Part shown: positions 1 to 9,895 of the stretch, in pieces
Layout of the letters: the number at the start of each line of letters is the position of its first letter
Position numbering within the stretch: position 1 is the stretch's first letter
Assembly (NCBI GenBank): GCA_965205265.1
Contig: CBDBGH010000003.1
Span: 1,600,001 to 1,664,000, forward strand
Origin: Alphaproteobacteria bacterium
GTDB taxonomy: Bacteria; Pseudomonadota; Alphaproteobacteria; Bin95
Length of the DNA: 64,000 bases
Direction of reading: 5' to 3'
The notes under the pieces: model-generated
What the model saw: only the letters and a program-made list of their open reading frames with translations
Told to the model about the DNA's origin: nothing
Database searches by the model: none
Program-made: the position numbers and the translations under genes

Positions 1-584
1 CGGAGCCGCAGGGGGAGTTGCATTACGTCAACCCCTATACGCTGCTGGTCGCGGTCGTGCTGTCCGCCCAGGCGACCGATGCGGGCGTCAACAAGGCGAC
101 GAAGACGCTATTTGCCGAAGCCGACACGCCGGACGCCATGCTGGCTCTCGGCGAGGACGGGGTGCGCCGCCATATCCGCACCATCGGCCTCTTCAACGCC
201 AAGGCGCGCAACGTCATCGGCCTTTCCCGCATCCTGGTCGAGGAGCATGCCGGCTCCGTGCCCGAGAGCCGGGAGGCGCTGGAACGCCTGCCCGGCGTCG
301 GCCGCAAGACGGCCAATGTCGTCCTCAACACGGCTTTCGGCCAGCCGACCATCGCGGTGGACACGCATATCTTCCGCGTCGGCAACCGCACGGGCCTCGC
401 GCCCGGCAAGACGCCGCTGGAAGTGGAGAAGAAGCTCGAACGGCGCGTCCCGGCGCATCGCAAGCTGCACGCCCACCATTGGCTCATCCTGCACGGGCGC
501 TATGTCTGCAAGGCGCGCAAGCCCGACTGCCCGGCCTGCACGGTCGCCGACCTCTGCGGCTTCAAGGGCAAGACGACGGTCTGA
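1..584 (+). CDS. nth: Endonuclease III (5'-truncated at the window edge)
   Basis: HhH motif LPGVGRKTA, VDTH, C-terminal 4Fe-4S motif CKARKPDCPAC...C. The frame is open back to the window start (EPQGELHYVNPY). Confidence 0.95.
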   Translation, partial: EPQGELHYVNPYTLLVAVVLSAQATDAGVNKATKTLFAEADTPDAMLALGEDGVRRHIRTIGLFNAKARNVIGLSRILVEEHAGSVPESREALERLPGVGRKTANVVLNTAFGQPTIAVDTHIFRVGNRTGLAPGKTPLEVEKKLERRVPAHRKLHAHHWLILHGRYVCKARKPDCPACTVADLCGFKGKTTV

Positions 585-597
585 ACGGCAAAGCCGC

Positions 598-1539
598 CTA
601 TTTCAGTTCCACAGCGTAGGTTTCCACCGGTGGGAGGGACTCCACGAGGCCGCGGTCCACAACGAAGTCGGCGAAGCGCTCGTAGCGCCGCCGGTCGAGC
701 GCCGCCGGCCTGAGCGCGAAGCGCGGCAGCGTATCCCGCCAGGCGCGGCGGTTGAGTTCGTCGTCGAGGTCCTTGCGGTCGCCGGCGATGAACAGTTTCC
801 AGGCTTCGTCGGGGTGGTTCACCATGTATTGGACGCCGCGCTCCACGGCATCGATGAAGGCGCGGTAGGCAGGCCGGTCGAGCGTGTCCTTGTGCGCCAC
901 GACGATCAGCTCGTCATAAGGCGGCACGCCCTCTTCCTCCAGATAGAAGGCGCGGCCCGGATGGCCCACGATATCCATCTGGTTCAGCTCGAAATTGCGG
1001 AAGGCGCCGATCACGGCATCCACCTTGCCGGCAATCAGCGAGGGCGAGAGGGACCAGTTCACATTTACCTTCTCGATGTCGTCCATCGTGAGGCCGTGGG
1101 GCTGCAGCACGCCTTCGAGGAGCGCGTCTTCCAGTCCCGCCACGGAAAAGCCGACCCGCTTGCCCTTGAGGTCCGCAATCGTGCGTATGGGGCTCTCGTC
1201 CAGCACCACGATGGTGTTCAGCGGCGTTGCGACCAGGGTGGCGATCCGCGCAAGCGGCAGGCCGGCGGCCGCCTGTATGTGCAGTTGCGGCTGATAGGAG
1301 ACCGCGAGGTCGGCCTTGCCGGCCGCCACGATCTTCGGCGGATCGTTCGGGTCCGCAGGAGGCACGAATTCCACCGTCAGGCCGGCATCCGCGAAATAGC
1401 CCCGCTCCTGGGCCACATAGAGCGGCCCGTGGTCCGGATTGACGAACCAGTCGAGCAGCACGGTGAGTTTCTCCTCCGCCGCCGCCGGGAGAGCGGCGAG
1501 CAGGCACGCGGCGGCAAGCGCCGGCAGGCGGATTTTCAT
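598..1539 (-). CDS. NMT1/THI5-like (ThiY-type) ABC substrate-binding protein for thiamine/HMP
   Basis: Signal peptide, LDWFVNPDH motif, last gene of an operon under a TPP riboswitch. Confidence 0.88.
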   Translation of the reverse strand: MKIRLPALAAACLLAALPAAAEEKLTVLLDWFVNPDHGPLYVAQERGYFADAGLTVEFVPPADPNDPPKIVAAGKADLAVSYQPQLHIQAAAGLPLARIATLVATPLNTIVVLDESPIRTIADLKGKRVGFSVAGLEDALLEGVLQPHGLTMDDIEKVNVNWSLSPSLIAGKVDAVIGAFRNFELNQMDIVGHPGRAFYLEEEGVPPYDELIVVAHKDTLDRPAYRAFIDAVERGVQYMVNHPDEAWKLFIAGDRKDLDDELNRRAWRDTLPRFALRPAALDRRRYERFADFVVDRGLVESLPPVETYAVELK

Positions 1540-2315
1540 GGTTGAGCAGGCTCCTTTTCCCGATCTTGCCAGAGGGTGTCAGCCTGCCAGGGCACCGCGA
1601 GGCGGAGCAGGCGGTCGACAGTGAAGTAGAGAATGAGCGCCATCGCCGCGAGGACGACGAGCGCGGCGAACATGAGGTCCACCTGCATGCGCGCATTGGC
1701 GTGCAGCATGAGATAGCCGAGGCCCGCGGACGCTCCGACCCACTCGCCCACCACGGCGCCGATGGGCGCGACGGCCGTTGCAACCCGCAGGCCGGAGGCG
1801 CAGGCCGGCAGGGCCGCAGGGATGCGCAGATGGACAAGCTGTCGCCAGCGCGAGGCGCCCATGCTGCGCGCAAGGTCCAGCCAGCCGGGATCGGTGCGGG
1901 ACAGGCCGTCATAGAATGCGGCTGTCACCGGAAAGAAAATGATGAGCACCGCCATCGCCACCTTGGAGGCCATGCCGTAACCGAGCCAGAGCACCAGCAC
2001 CGGCGCGATAGCGAACACCGGAACGGCCTGGCTCGCCACCAGCACCGGCAGCAGCCAGAGCCGCGCCGGACGGACATGGGCGATCACCAGCGCCGAAAAC
2101 GCGCCGAGCGCCGCGCCGAGACTGAGGCCGAGCAGGATTTCCGCCAGCGTCGTGCCGGCATGGGACAAGAGAAGCCCCGAATGACCGGCCAGCGCCGCCG
2201 CGACGGCCGGCGGTCCCGGAAGGATGAAGGGCTGCGCCCCGGTGACGGAAACGATCGCCTGCCAGACGACCAGCAGCCCCGCCGCCACGATTCCCATGCG
2301 CATGGCCGCCCTCAT
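1536..2315 (-). CDS. ABC transporter permease (ThiX/SsuC-like)
   Basis: Hydrophobic helices, EAA-like loop LARSMGAS, VVGEWVGASAGLG, 4-bp overlaps with both neighbours. Confidence 0.88.
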   Translation of the reverse strand: MRAAMRMGIVAAGLLVVWQAIVSVTGAQPFILPGPPAVAAALAGHSGLLLSHAGTTLAEILLGLSLGAALGAFSALVIAHVRPARLWLLPVLVASQAVPVFAIAPVLVLWLGYGMASKVAMAVLIIFFPVTAAFYDGLSRTDPGWLDLARSMGASRWRQLVHLRIPAALPACASGLRVATAVAPIGAVVGEWVGASAGLGYLMLHANARMQVDLMFAALVVLAAMALILYFTVDRLLRLAVPWQADTLWQDREKEPAQP

Positions 2316-3028
2316 GCCGCGAGCCTCGCAAGCAGATCGCCCTGCGCGGCCAGAACCGCCGGGTCGCGCACGTCGCGCGGGGGCGCCAGGTCCGGCGCCG
2401 GCACCGCCTCCAGCGCCGCCGGCCGGCCGGTCAGGACATAGACGCGGTCCCCGAGACGGAGCGCCTCCAGCGGGTCGTGGGTGACGAGCAGCACGGTTCG
2501 CCCCGCCAGCATCCGCGCCGCGAGGTCCTGCGCCGCATGGCGGGTGATCGCATCGAGGCTGCCGAACGGCTCGTCCATCAGCACGACCGTGCGGTCCTCC
2601 ATCAGCGTGCGGACCAGCGCGACCCGCTGGCGCTCTCCGCCGGAAAGGGTTGCCGGCATCGCCCGGGCGGAGTCCTCGAGACCGACGTCGGCCAGCAACC
2701 GGCGCGCACGGCGGAAGTCCGGGCGCTCGCCGCGCAGGCGCGCGCCCAGCACCGTGTTGTCGAGCGCACTGGCCCAGGGGAGCAGCAGGTCGTTCTGGCC
2801 CATATAGGCGACGGGGCCGGTGCGAACCCGACCCGCGGCCGCGCCGTCAAGGCCGGCGATCAGCCTGAGCAGACTCGTCTTGCCGACGCCGCTCGGCCCC
2901 AGCAGGCAGGTCCAGAGACCGGCTTCCAGGCGAATGTCGAGCCCGTCGAACAGCGGCGCTCCCCCATAGGAAAGCGCGGCGCCGCGAATATCGACGGCAA
3001 ATTCTGTATCCGGTGCAGCCTTGCCCAC
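2312..3028 (-). CDS. ABC transporter ATP-binding protein (ThiZ-like)
   Basis: Walker A GPSGVGKT, LSGGERQR, Walker B VLMDEPF, VTHD. Confidence 0.92.
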   Translation of the reverse strand: MGKAAPDTEFAVDIRGAALSYGGAPLFDGLDIRLEAGLWTCLLGPSGVGKTSLLRLIAGLDGAAAGRVRTGPVAYMGQNDLLLPWASALDNTVLGARLRGERPDFRRARRLLADVGLEDSARAMPATLSGGERQRVALVRTLMEDRTVVLMDEPFGSLDAITRHAAQDLAARMLAGRTVLLVTHDPLEALRLGDRVYVLTGRPAALEAVPAPDLAPPRDVRDPAVLAAQGDLLARLAA

Positions 3029-3124
3029 ACGCTCCCTCCGCCGGCATTAACCGGATCAGGTTCCTGGGGTCGTCCCGCAAGCAGGACCTCTCAGCCGCGT
3101 GAGGCGGCTCCCCCGAGTGGAGCG
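3029..3124 (-). promoter_or_regulatory. TPP riboswitch
   Basis: Minus strand reads GGGGAGCCGC...GCGGCTGAGAGG...CCCAGGAACCTGATCCGGTTAATGCCGGCGGAGGGAG, containing the CTGAGA and ACCTGAT...TAATGCC core. P1 is CGCTCC/GGAGCG. It lies directly upstream of the thiamine ABC operon. Confidence 0.93.
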
Positions 3125-3178
3125 GTCAACATGGACGGCGCCTGGAACTTTGGCAAGGCCCCGCCCCCGCAAGGTTCG

Positions 3179-3601
3179 CTAAAGCACCGCCTCGTGGAGC
3201 GACTGGATGAACTGGATGCCTTGGATATGCTTGCGGGCCAGGCGCCTGTCATTGGTAAGAAACAGGTCCGTGCCCGCCGCCGCTGCGCAAGCCAGTTGGA
3301 TAGCGTCTGGCGGCCGGATCGAACGGTCCCGGCGAATCTCCGCAAAGGCGAGGGCGGCGGCCTGGTCGAACGACAATATCGCAGCCGCCGTTTCCATCGC
3401 CTGCGTATAGCGGCGCGCCAGGTCCGTGCGCCCCGCATCGAGAGGTTTGACGAGAAGCTCGCCAAGCGTGAGTGTGGAAGTGAGTAATTGGTCTCGCCGC
3501 TCGATCATTCGCCTCCGAATCCTTGAAACGCGCTCGGCCTCTTCGTCTGCGCCTTCGAAGAGGTAGATGAACAGGTTGGTGTCCCAGAAGATCCGGCTCA
3601 T
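3179..3601 (-). CDS. PIN-domain VapC-type toxin
   Basis: IFWDTN, TLGELL, PDAIQLACA, FLTNDRRL acidic PIN residues. Overlaps the upstream ORF by 4 bp. Confidence 0.9.
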   Translation of the reverse strand: MSRIFWDTNLFIYLFEGADEEAERVSRIRRRMIERRDQLLTSTLTLGELLVKPLDAGRTDLARRYTQAMETAAAILSFDQAAALAFAEIRRDRSIRPPDAIQLACAAAAGTDLFLTNDRRLARKHIQGIQFIQSLHEAVL

Positions 3602-4131
3602 TCCCAGCCCTCGCGAAGACGCCGGACATAGGCGTCGGCACCCTCATCCGCCCATATTTCCCTGCCGCTGCCTTCCAAGGCGAGAAGCGGGTCCGCAACC
3701 GGTCGCACGCTCGCAGCTTCTCGTAAGGACGTCCCCCGTTCGTCAGCGCCATAAGCTCCCTGCGTCAGGTAGTCGTCATGGTACCAATCGAGCAGTTCCC
3801 GATAGGCAGGCGGCAGCGCCTTCCGGTCGGGAAGCGAGGCCCCGGAAAGCCGGTCCGGATGACAGTCGTCTCCCGGCCGGTACAACCGCCGCCGCCCTCT
3901 CGACGTTTCCGTCAGCATGCGCAGCCGGGCGGGATTGGGCTTGCGGTTGGCGACGCAATGCAGATAGGCGTGAATCTGCACGCCGGGCCGCAGGGAACCG
4001 GCGCCGGTCGCGTTCTCGGCCTCCGCCTGCGCGACGATCTCCGAGACCGAATAATCTTCCCTTTCCGGATACCGGCGATGAAGCGAAGCCGTCGCCACCC
4101 AGACTTCGTCCGCAACCTTGATAATCGCCAT
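3598..4131 (-). CDS. Putative antitoxin, atypical 177-aa protein coupled to VapC
   Basis: [15 protein letters not shown] coupling to vapC, C-terminal antitoxin-like tail LEGSGREIWADEGADAYVRRLREGW. Confidence 0.7.
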   Translation of the reverse strand: MAIIKVADEVWVATASLHRRYPEREDYSVSEIVAQAEAENATGAGSLRPGVQIHAYLHCVANRKPNPARLRMLTETSRGRRRLYRPGDDCHPDRLSGASLPDRKALPPAYRELLDWYHDDYLTQGAYGADERGTSLREAASVRPVADPLLALEGSGREIWADEGADAYVRRLREGWE

Positions 4132-4315
4132 GACGAACCTCCCTCACACTTCCATATGACGACTAGCAATTACATTTTTAACAAAAAAACAATGTTAATC
4201 TTGTATATTTGCGCACCTGCTCCCGACTTTCCGCGCTATCCCCCTTCCCGCGCCGGACGCGCCTGGACTTTGCGCTTGCGCCCGGCAGGATTTTGCCTAT
4301 GTTGCGCAGCCTGAC

Positions 4316-4390
4316 GCGGGAGTAGCTCAGAGGTAGAGCATCACGTTGCCAACGTGAGGGTCGCGAGTTCAAATCTCGTCTCCCGCTCCA
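4316..4390 (+). tRNA. tRNA-Gly(GCC)
   Basis: GCGGGAG...CTCCCGC acceptor stem, anticodon arm TCACG-TTGCCAA-CGTGA, GTTCAAATC T-loop, encoded CCA. Confidence 0.96.
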
Positions 4391-4409
4391 GACCCTCCTC
4401 GAAATCGGC

Positions 4410-5294
4410 TCAATGCCGCTCGGGCAGAACCTCCCGGAGAGCCCGCTCGAACGCATCCGGCTGCTCGTACATCGCCCAGTGCCCGGCGCGCGGCACCATG
4501 GCGATGCGCGCGTCCGGCCGGATGGCGCGAATGGCGGCCACCCGCTCGCGGAAGAAAGGCCATGCAGTCCAGTCCCATTCGCCCCACATCGCAGCCAGCG
4601 GCGCCTCGATGAGCGGCAGGCGGCCCCGCAGCGCCGGCGTCGCGCTCACCCAGCGGCTCTTGGTGACGGCGCGCATGGTGTTGGTGACCTGCATGTGGAC
4701 CGCGAAGTCATCCACGGCGCGCGGGTCGGCCAGCATCAGGATTTCGAGATTGCGCCGCGCGAGGCTCCTGAGCTGGGCCGGCGTCATGTCCCGCCGGAAC
4801 CGCTCCAGCGCCGGCCCCCGCGCCCGGCGCAGCCCCATCGCGCCCACGCCCACCATGGTGAAGCTCTTCAGCAGGTCCGGCAGGTAGGGCGCGGCATGGC
4901 CGCCCACAATGCCGCCGAACGAGAATCCCACGAGATCGACCCGCTGGTCGCGCTCCTCAAGAACATGACGCAGGCCGTCGGCGACGATCCGCCCTATCGA
5001 GTCGATATCCCTCCGGTCGGGCGGCGGGGCCGATTCGCCAAGGCCGGGTGTGTCGCAAGCATAGACCCGGCGGCCCCGCGCGAGCGAGCGGACATTGCGA
5101 AACCAATGCCACCAGGAGCCGTAGCCGCCATGCATCAGCATGAGCGGCGGCGCGCCCGGCTCGCCGAAGACCCGCCAGACCACCTCACCGTCGCCGCATG
5201 GAGAGGTCCTGACCGCCGCTTCCGCTTCGACGGCGCGAATGGCGGCGGCCACCGCGGGCGGCGGGCTCACCGGCGCCTTGCTCCGGCGGGTCAC
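4410..5294 (-). CDS. Alpha/beta-fold hydrolase
   Basis: HGGYGS, GFSFGG nucleophile elbow, C-terminal GHW. GTG start inferred from overlap with the upstream stop. Confidence 0.85.
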   Translation of the reverse strand: MTRRSKAPVSPPPAVAAAIRAVEAEAAVRTSPCGDGEVVWRVFGEPGAPPLMLMHGGYGSWWHWFRNVRSLARGRRVYACDTPGLGESAPPPDRRDIDSIGRIVADGLRHVLEERDQRVDLVGFSFGGIVGGHAAPYLPDLLKSFTMVGVGAMGLRRARGPALERFRRDMTPAQLRSLARRNLEILMLADPRAVDDFAVHMQVTNTMRAVTKSRWVSATPALRGRLPLIEAPLAAMWGEWDWTAWPFFRERVAAIRAIRPDARIAMVPRAGHWAMYEQPDAFERALREVLPERH

Positions 5295-6823
5295 GCGCGC
5301 GCCTTGCGTCCCGAGCGGTGAAGCAGGACCAGACAGTCGTGATTCTTGCGCCGGAGGTCGGCGCAGGCGCGTCTGGCGTCGTCTTCGGCGAAGCCGGCAA
5401 GGCGCGCCCGGTAAAGCTTGCGCCCGCTGGACGCCCTCATCGGCCAGGCGCCGGCATAGACTCCGCTCGGCAGGCCGCGCAGCAGGTCCGCAGCGGCGAG
5501 CGCCTGCCGGCGCGCCCTCTTCTGGCTCCGGTAGACTCCGACCTGCACGGCGTATCCTCCCGCGCTCGCCAGGTCTGCCGGCGGCAGTTTCGGCACCGCC
5601 GCCATGGCAGGCAGTCCGGATGCCGGCGCGGCTGGCGCGGCGGGCTTCGCCTTCGCCGGGGAGGGAGCGGCGGGAGCCGGGGCGGCCGCAGCCGCCGTCG
5701 AGGCAGGCGGCGGCGCGGCCCCGGGCGACGGCACCGGCACCGGCGCCATGACGGGAGCCGCACCATGGCGAACGACAAAGCAATCGGTGCGCCGCCTCTT
5801 GAGGTTGCGGCAGGCCTGCCGGGCATCGCGCTTGCTGTAGCCCACCAGACGGGCCTCGTAGATCGTGCCTCCCTTGCGGCGCGCCCTGGGCCAGGCTCCC
5901 CAGGCGCCGCCCTGCGGCGTGCCGACCTTCAGCGCCGCGGCGCGCGCCAGGCCGCGGGCGGCGGCTTTGTCCCGCACCGCACCCACCTGCACGGCCCAGA
6001 CGAGGCCGCTTTCCTCGATCGCCGGGCGCGGCGTCAGCCGGGCGAAGATGCGGTCCGTCAGCTTCGCGACATGGCGGTCGCGCGAGCGGGCCGTGCGCCC
6101 CCCCATGACCACGGTAATCAGCCGGCGGCCGTTGCGGGCGGCGGAGAAGGCCAGGTTGAAACCGGATTTGGAGATGTAGCCGGTCTTCAGACCGTCAGCG
6201 CCGGAATAGCGGCGCAGCAGGCGGTTGTGCGAGCGGTAGGTACGCCCCCTGAACTTGAACGACTTCAGGGAGAAATAGTCGTAATATTGCGGGAAATTCC
6301 GCATGAGGGCGCGCGCCAGCCGGGCCATGTCGCGTGCCGTGGTCCATTGCTGGGAATGCCAGAGCCCCGAGGCGTTGCGGAACGAGGTGTGGCGCATGCC
6401 GAGCTGCTGCGCCTTGCGGTTCATCACCCTCGCGAATTTCCGCTCGCTGCCGGCGATGAAATAGGCGACGGTCGTCGCGACATCGTTCGCGGACTTGACG
6501 ACCAGGGCCTTGATGGCGTCGCGGACGGTGATCGTCGATCCCCGCTTGAGGCCGAGCCGCGACGGCGGTTGCAGGGTCGCGCGGTGGGGCACCTTCATGC
6601 GGGTCGAGAGCTTGTATTTGCCGCTGCGAAGCCGCTCGAAAATTAGATAGACCGTCATCATCTTGGTAAGCGACGCCGGATAGCGGCGCGCCGTGGACCG
6701 TTGGCCGTGAAGCACGGCGCCGCTGTCGGCGTCGATGACGACTGCGGCATAGCGCGCCGCCGGTGCAGGACCGGCCGCCAGAATGGCCACCGCCAGAAGC
6801 AGAACAGAGAGAATCGCCTTCAT
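5291..6823 (-). CDS. D-alanyl-D-alanine carboxypeptidase (peptidase S11) with two SPOR-like domains
   Basis: PASLTK (SxxK), SAND (SxN), LKTG, and WAVQVGA / YAVQVGV repeats separated by a Pro/Ala linker. Confidence 0.88.
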   Translation of the reverse strand: MKAILSVLLLAVAILAAGPAPAARYAAVVIDADSGAVLHGQRSTARRYPASLTKMMTVYLIFERLRSGKYKLSTRMKVPHRATLQPPSRLGLKRGSTITVRDAIKALVVKSANDVATTVAYFIAGSERKFARVMNRKAQQLGMRHTSFRNASGLWHSQQWTTARDMARLARALMRNFPQYYDYFSLKSFKFRGRTYRSHNRLLRRYSGADGLKTGYISKSGFNLAFSAARNGRRLITVVMGGRTARSRDRHVAKLTDRIFARLTPRPAIEESGLVWAVQVGAVRDKAAARGLARAAALKVGTPQGGAWGAWPRARRKGGTIYEARLVGYSKRDARQACRNLKRRRTDCFVVRHGAAPVMAPVPVPSPGAAPPPASTAAAAAPAPAAPSPAKAKPAAPAAPASGLPAMAAVPKLPPADLASAGGYAVQVGVYRSQKRARRQALAAADLLRGLPSGVYAGAWPMRASSGRKLYRARLAGFAEDDARRACADLRRKNHDCLVLLHRSGRKARA

Positions 6824-6912
6824 GGGCCCTCCCTGGCCCACATAAAGTCAATCCGGGTTCGCCGCAATGCCGGATGGTATTTTTTTCCTTCACCGGAAAC
6901 CTCGGGCGGGAC

Positions 6913-6940
6913 CTTGAACGGATACGGCTTACTCCTACTT
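6913..6940 (+). promoter_or_regulatory. Candidate RpoH (sigma32)-type promoter for clpSA
   Basis: CTTGAA-N15-CCTACTT about 55 bp upstream of clpS. Confidence 0.4.
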
Positions 6941-6995
6941 CGATAGCTGGGTTATGCTAGGTTCGCGGATGCGGCCTCCGGGCGGGAGTGGAAGG

Positions 6996-7322
6996 ATGAG
7001 CGACGAACGGCGAGGCGGAGACGAGGGCCCGAATACGGGCGTGCTCGTCAGGACCAAGCCGGAGACGAAGAAGCCGTCGCTGTACAAGGTCATCATGCTC
7101 AATGACGACTACACGCCGATGGAGTTCGTCGTCCACGTCCTGCAAGCCTTCTTCAACAAGGGCCGCGAGGAAGCGACGAATATCATGCTGATGGTCCACC
7201 AGCGGGGAATCGGGGTCTGCGGCGTCTATACCTACGAAGTCGCCGAGACCAAGGTGACGCAGGTTGTGGACTTCGCGCGGCGGCACGAACACCCTCTGCA
7301 GCTGACGCTTGAGAAGGAGTAG
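6996..7322 (+). CDS. clpS: ATP-dependent Clp protease adaptor ClpS
   Basis: [27 protein letters not shown]. Confidence 0.96.
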   Translation: MSDERRGGDEGPNTGVLVRTKPETKKPSLYKVIMLNDDYTPMEFVVHVLQAFFNKGREEATNIMLMVHQRGIGVCGVYTYEVAETKVTQVVDFARRHEHPLQLTLEKE

Positions 7323-7329
7323 CCGGGCG

Positions 7330-9636
7330 ATGCTGTCGCGCACTCTCGAACAGACGCTTCACCGGGCGCTCTCCTACGCCAAGGAACGCCGGCACGAATA
7401 TGCGACCCTGGAGCACCTGCTGCTGGCGCTCACCGAGGACCGGGACTGCATGGCGGTGCTGCGCGCCTGCTCGGTGGATGTGGACAATCTGCGCGCGGAG
7501 GTGACCGGCTATCTGGACGATGAGCTCGACAACCTCGTCGTGGACCGCGACGGGGACCCGAAGCCGACCGCCGGCTTCCAGCGGGTCCTGCAGCGCGCGG
7601 CGATCCATGTGCAGTCGTCCGGGCGCGAGGAGGTGACGGGCGCCAATGTCCTCGTGGCGATCTTCTCGGAGCGGGAGAGCCACGCCGTCTTCTTCCTGCA
7701 GGGGCAGGAAATGACGCGCCTCGACGCCGTCAACTATATCAGCCACGGCATCGCCAAGAGCGCCGGCCAGTCGGAGCCGAGGCGCGTGCGGGGCGCGGAC
7801 GAGCGCCAGGAGAACGAGGGCGGCGAGCCGGGCAACCGCAAGCCCGCCGAGGCGCTGCAGGCCTATTGCGTCAACCTCAACGAGAAGGCCGATGCCGGCA
7901 AGATCGACCCGTTGATCGGGCGCGAGCTGGAAGTCGAGCGCACAATCCAGATCCTCTGCCGGCGGACCAAGAACAACCCGCTCTATGTGGGCGACCCCGG
8001 CGTCGGCAAGACCGCCATCGCCGAGGGCCTGGCGCGCAAGATCGTCGAGGGCGGCGTGCCGGAAGTCCTGGCGGAGGCCACGATCTACGCGCTCGACATG
8101 GGCTCGCTGCTCGCGGGCACGCGCTACCGGGGCGATTTCGAGGAGCGGCTGAAACAGGTGCTGGCGGAACTGGACGCGCTCGAAGGGGCGATCCTGTTCA
8201 TCGACGAGATCCACACCGTCATCGGCGCCGGCGCCACCAGCGGCGGCTCGATGGACGCCTCCAACATCCTGAAGCCCGCGCTCGCCAGCGGCACGTTGCG
8301 TTGCATCGGCTCGACCACCTACAAGGAATACCGCAACTATTTCGAGAAGGACCGGGCGCTGGTCCGGCGCTTCCAGAAGATCGACGTGCACGAGCCGTCG
8401 GTCCCGGACGCCATCAAGATCATGATGGGCCTCAAGCCCTATTACGAAGAGCATCACGGCATCCGCTACACGACCGAGGCCATCCGCTCGGCGGTGAACC
8501 TCTCCGCGCGCTACATCAACGACCGCAAGCTGCCGGACAAGGCCATCGACGTCATCGACGAGGTCGGCGCCGCCCAGCTTCTGCTGCCGCCCAGCCGGCG
8601 CAAGAAGACCGTGGGCGTGCGCGATGTCGAGGGCATCGTCGCCAAGATCGCCCGCATCCCGCCGAAGAGCGTGAGCCGCGACGACCGCGAGTCGCTGCAG
8701 ACGCTGGAGCGCGACTTGAAGACGGTCGTGTTCGGCCAGGACCCCGCCATCGAGGCGCTGGCGAGCGCGGTCAAGCTCGCCCGTGCCGGCTTGCGCGAGC
8801 CGGAGAAGCCCATCGGCAGCTACCTGTTCTCCGGCCCGACGGGCGTCGGCAAGACGGAGGCCGCCCGCCAGCTGGCGCGCTGCCTCGGCGTCGAACTCGT
8901 GCGCTTCGACATGTCGGAATACATGGAGCGGCACAGCGTTTCGCGGCTGATCGGCGCGCCGCCCGGCTATGTCGGCTTCGACCAGGGCGGGCTGCTGACG
9001 GATGCGGTGGACAAGAACCCGCATGTGGTGCTGCTGCTCGACGAGATCGAGAAAGCGCATCCCGACGTCTTCAACGTGCTGCTCCAGATCATGGATTACG
9101 GCAAGCTGACCGACCACAGCGGCAAACAGGTCGATTTCCGCAATGTCATCGTCATCATGACGACCAATGCCGGCGCGTCCGACCTCGCCAAGGCGGCAAT
9201 CGGCTTCGGGCGCAATGTCCGCGAGGGCGATGACAAGGAGGCCATCGACAGGCTCTTCACGCCGGAGTTCCGCAACCGGCTGGATGCGATCATTTCCTTC
9301 GGCAACCTGCCGATGGAGGTCGTGCACCGGGTGGTGGACAAATTCGTGGCCGAGCTCGAAGGCCAGCTCGACGACCGCCAGGTCGAAATCCTGCTGACCG
9401 AGGCGGCCCGCGAATGGCTCGCCGGGAAAGGCTACAGCACGGAATACGGCGCCCGCCCGCTCGCCCGCATCATCCAGGAGCACATCAAGAAGCCGCTCGC
9501 CGAGGAATTGCTGTTCGGCCGCCTGGCCAAAGGCGGGACGGTGGAAGTGGATGCGGGCGAAGACGGCCTCACCTTCGCCTATCCCGAACCCGCCGCGCCG
9601 GCGAAACCCAGGAAGAAGGAGCCGGCAGCGCTGTAG
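7330..9636 (+). CDS. clpA: ATP-dependent Clp protease ATP-binding subunit ClpA
   Basis: Two AAA+ modules ([16 protein letters not shown]), follows clpS. Confidence 0.97.
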   Translation: MLSRTLEQTLHRALSYAKERRHEYATLEHLLLALTEDRDCMAVLRACSVDVDNLRAEVTGYLDDELDNLVVDRDGDPKPTAGFQRVLQRAAIHVQSSGREEVTGANVLVAIFSERESHAVFFLQGQEMTRLDAVNYISHGIAKSAGQSEPRRVRGADERQENEGGEPGNRKPAEALQAYCVNLNEKADAGKIDPLIGRELEVERTIQILCRRTKNNPLYVGDPGVGKTAIAEGLARKIVEGGVPEVLAEATIYALDMGSLLAGTRYRGDFEERLKQVLAELDALEGAILFIDEIHTVIGAGATSGGSMDASNILKPALASGTLRCIGSTTYKEYRNYFEKDRALVRRFQKIDVHEPSVPDAIKIMMGLKPYYEEHHGIRYTTEAIRSAVNLSARYINDRKLPDKAIDVIDEVGAAQLLLPPSRRKKTVGVRDVEGIVAKIARIPPKSVSRDDRESLQTLERDLKTVVFGQDPAIEALASAVKLARAGLREPEKPIGSYLFSGPTGVGKTEAARQLARCLGVELVRFDMSEYMERHSVSRLIGAPPGYVGFDQGGLLTDAVDKNPHVVLLLDEIEKAHPDVFNVLLQIMDYGKLTDHSGKQVDFRNVIVIMTTNAGASDLAKAAIGFGRNVREGDDKEAIDRLFTPEFRNRLDAIISFGNLPMEVVHRVVDKFVAELEGQLDDRQVEILLTEAAREWLAGKGYSTEYGARPLARIIQEHIKKPLAEELLFGRLAKGGTVEVDAGEDGLTFAYPEPAAPAKPRKKEPAAL

Positions 9637-9715
9637 CGCCGTGTTTGCGAAGTCCGCGCCGCTTCGTTCGGAGCGCCCGACCGCTCCCTTCTCCATCAGG
9701 CCCGGACGCCCTCTC

Positions 9716-9803
9716 CGTCATGCCCGGACTTGTTCCGGGCATCTTCCTCCACCGCTTCCGCCGGGCGACCGAATGGATGCCCGGAACAAGTCCGGGCATG
9801 ACG
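9716..9803. repeat. CGTC-tagged palindromic (REP-like) dimer
   Basis: CGTCATGCCCGGACTTGTTCCGGGCATC, a ~30-nt spacer, then the inverted copy GATGCCCGGAACAAGTCCGGGCATGACG. Confidence 0.92.
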
Positions 9804-9895
9804 ATATGAGGCATGACAGGACGGTGTCAGCAAGGCAGGGCGCAGGATCTTCAAGAGATCGCGGAATAACCGGCAAGCCCCGACCCGGCCGCCGA

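Noticed and set aside
4316-4390. tRNA-anchored integrative element (also at the two tRNA-Leu genes)
   Set aside because: I found no duplicated tRNA 3' end or adjacent integrase. The TA pair lies on the 5' side of tRNA-Gly.
7183-9696. Long antisense or alternate-frame ORFs (e.g. 837, 895, 760, 1137 aa)
   Set aside because: These are shadow ORFs expected at ~70% GC. They overlap well-supported genes and show no motifs. The 1137-aa ORF is only real from 37254.
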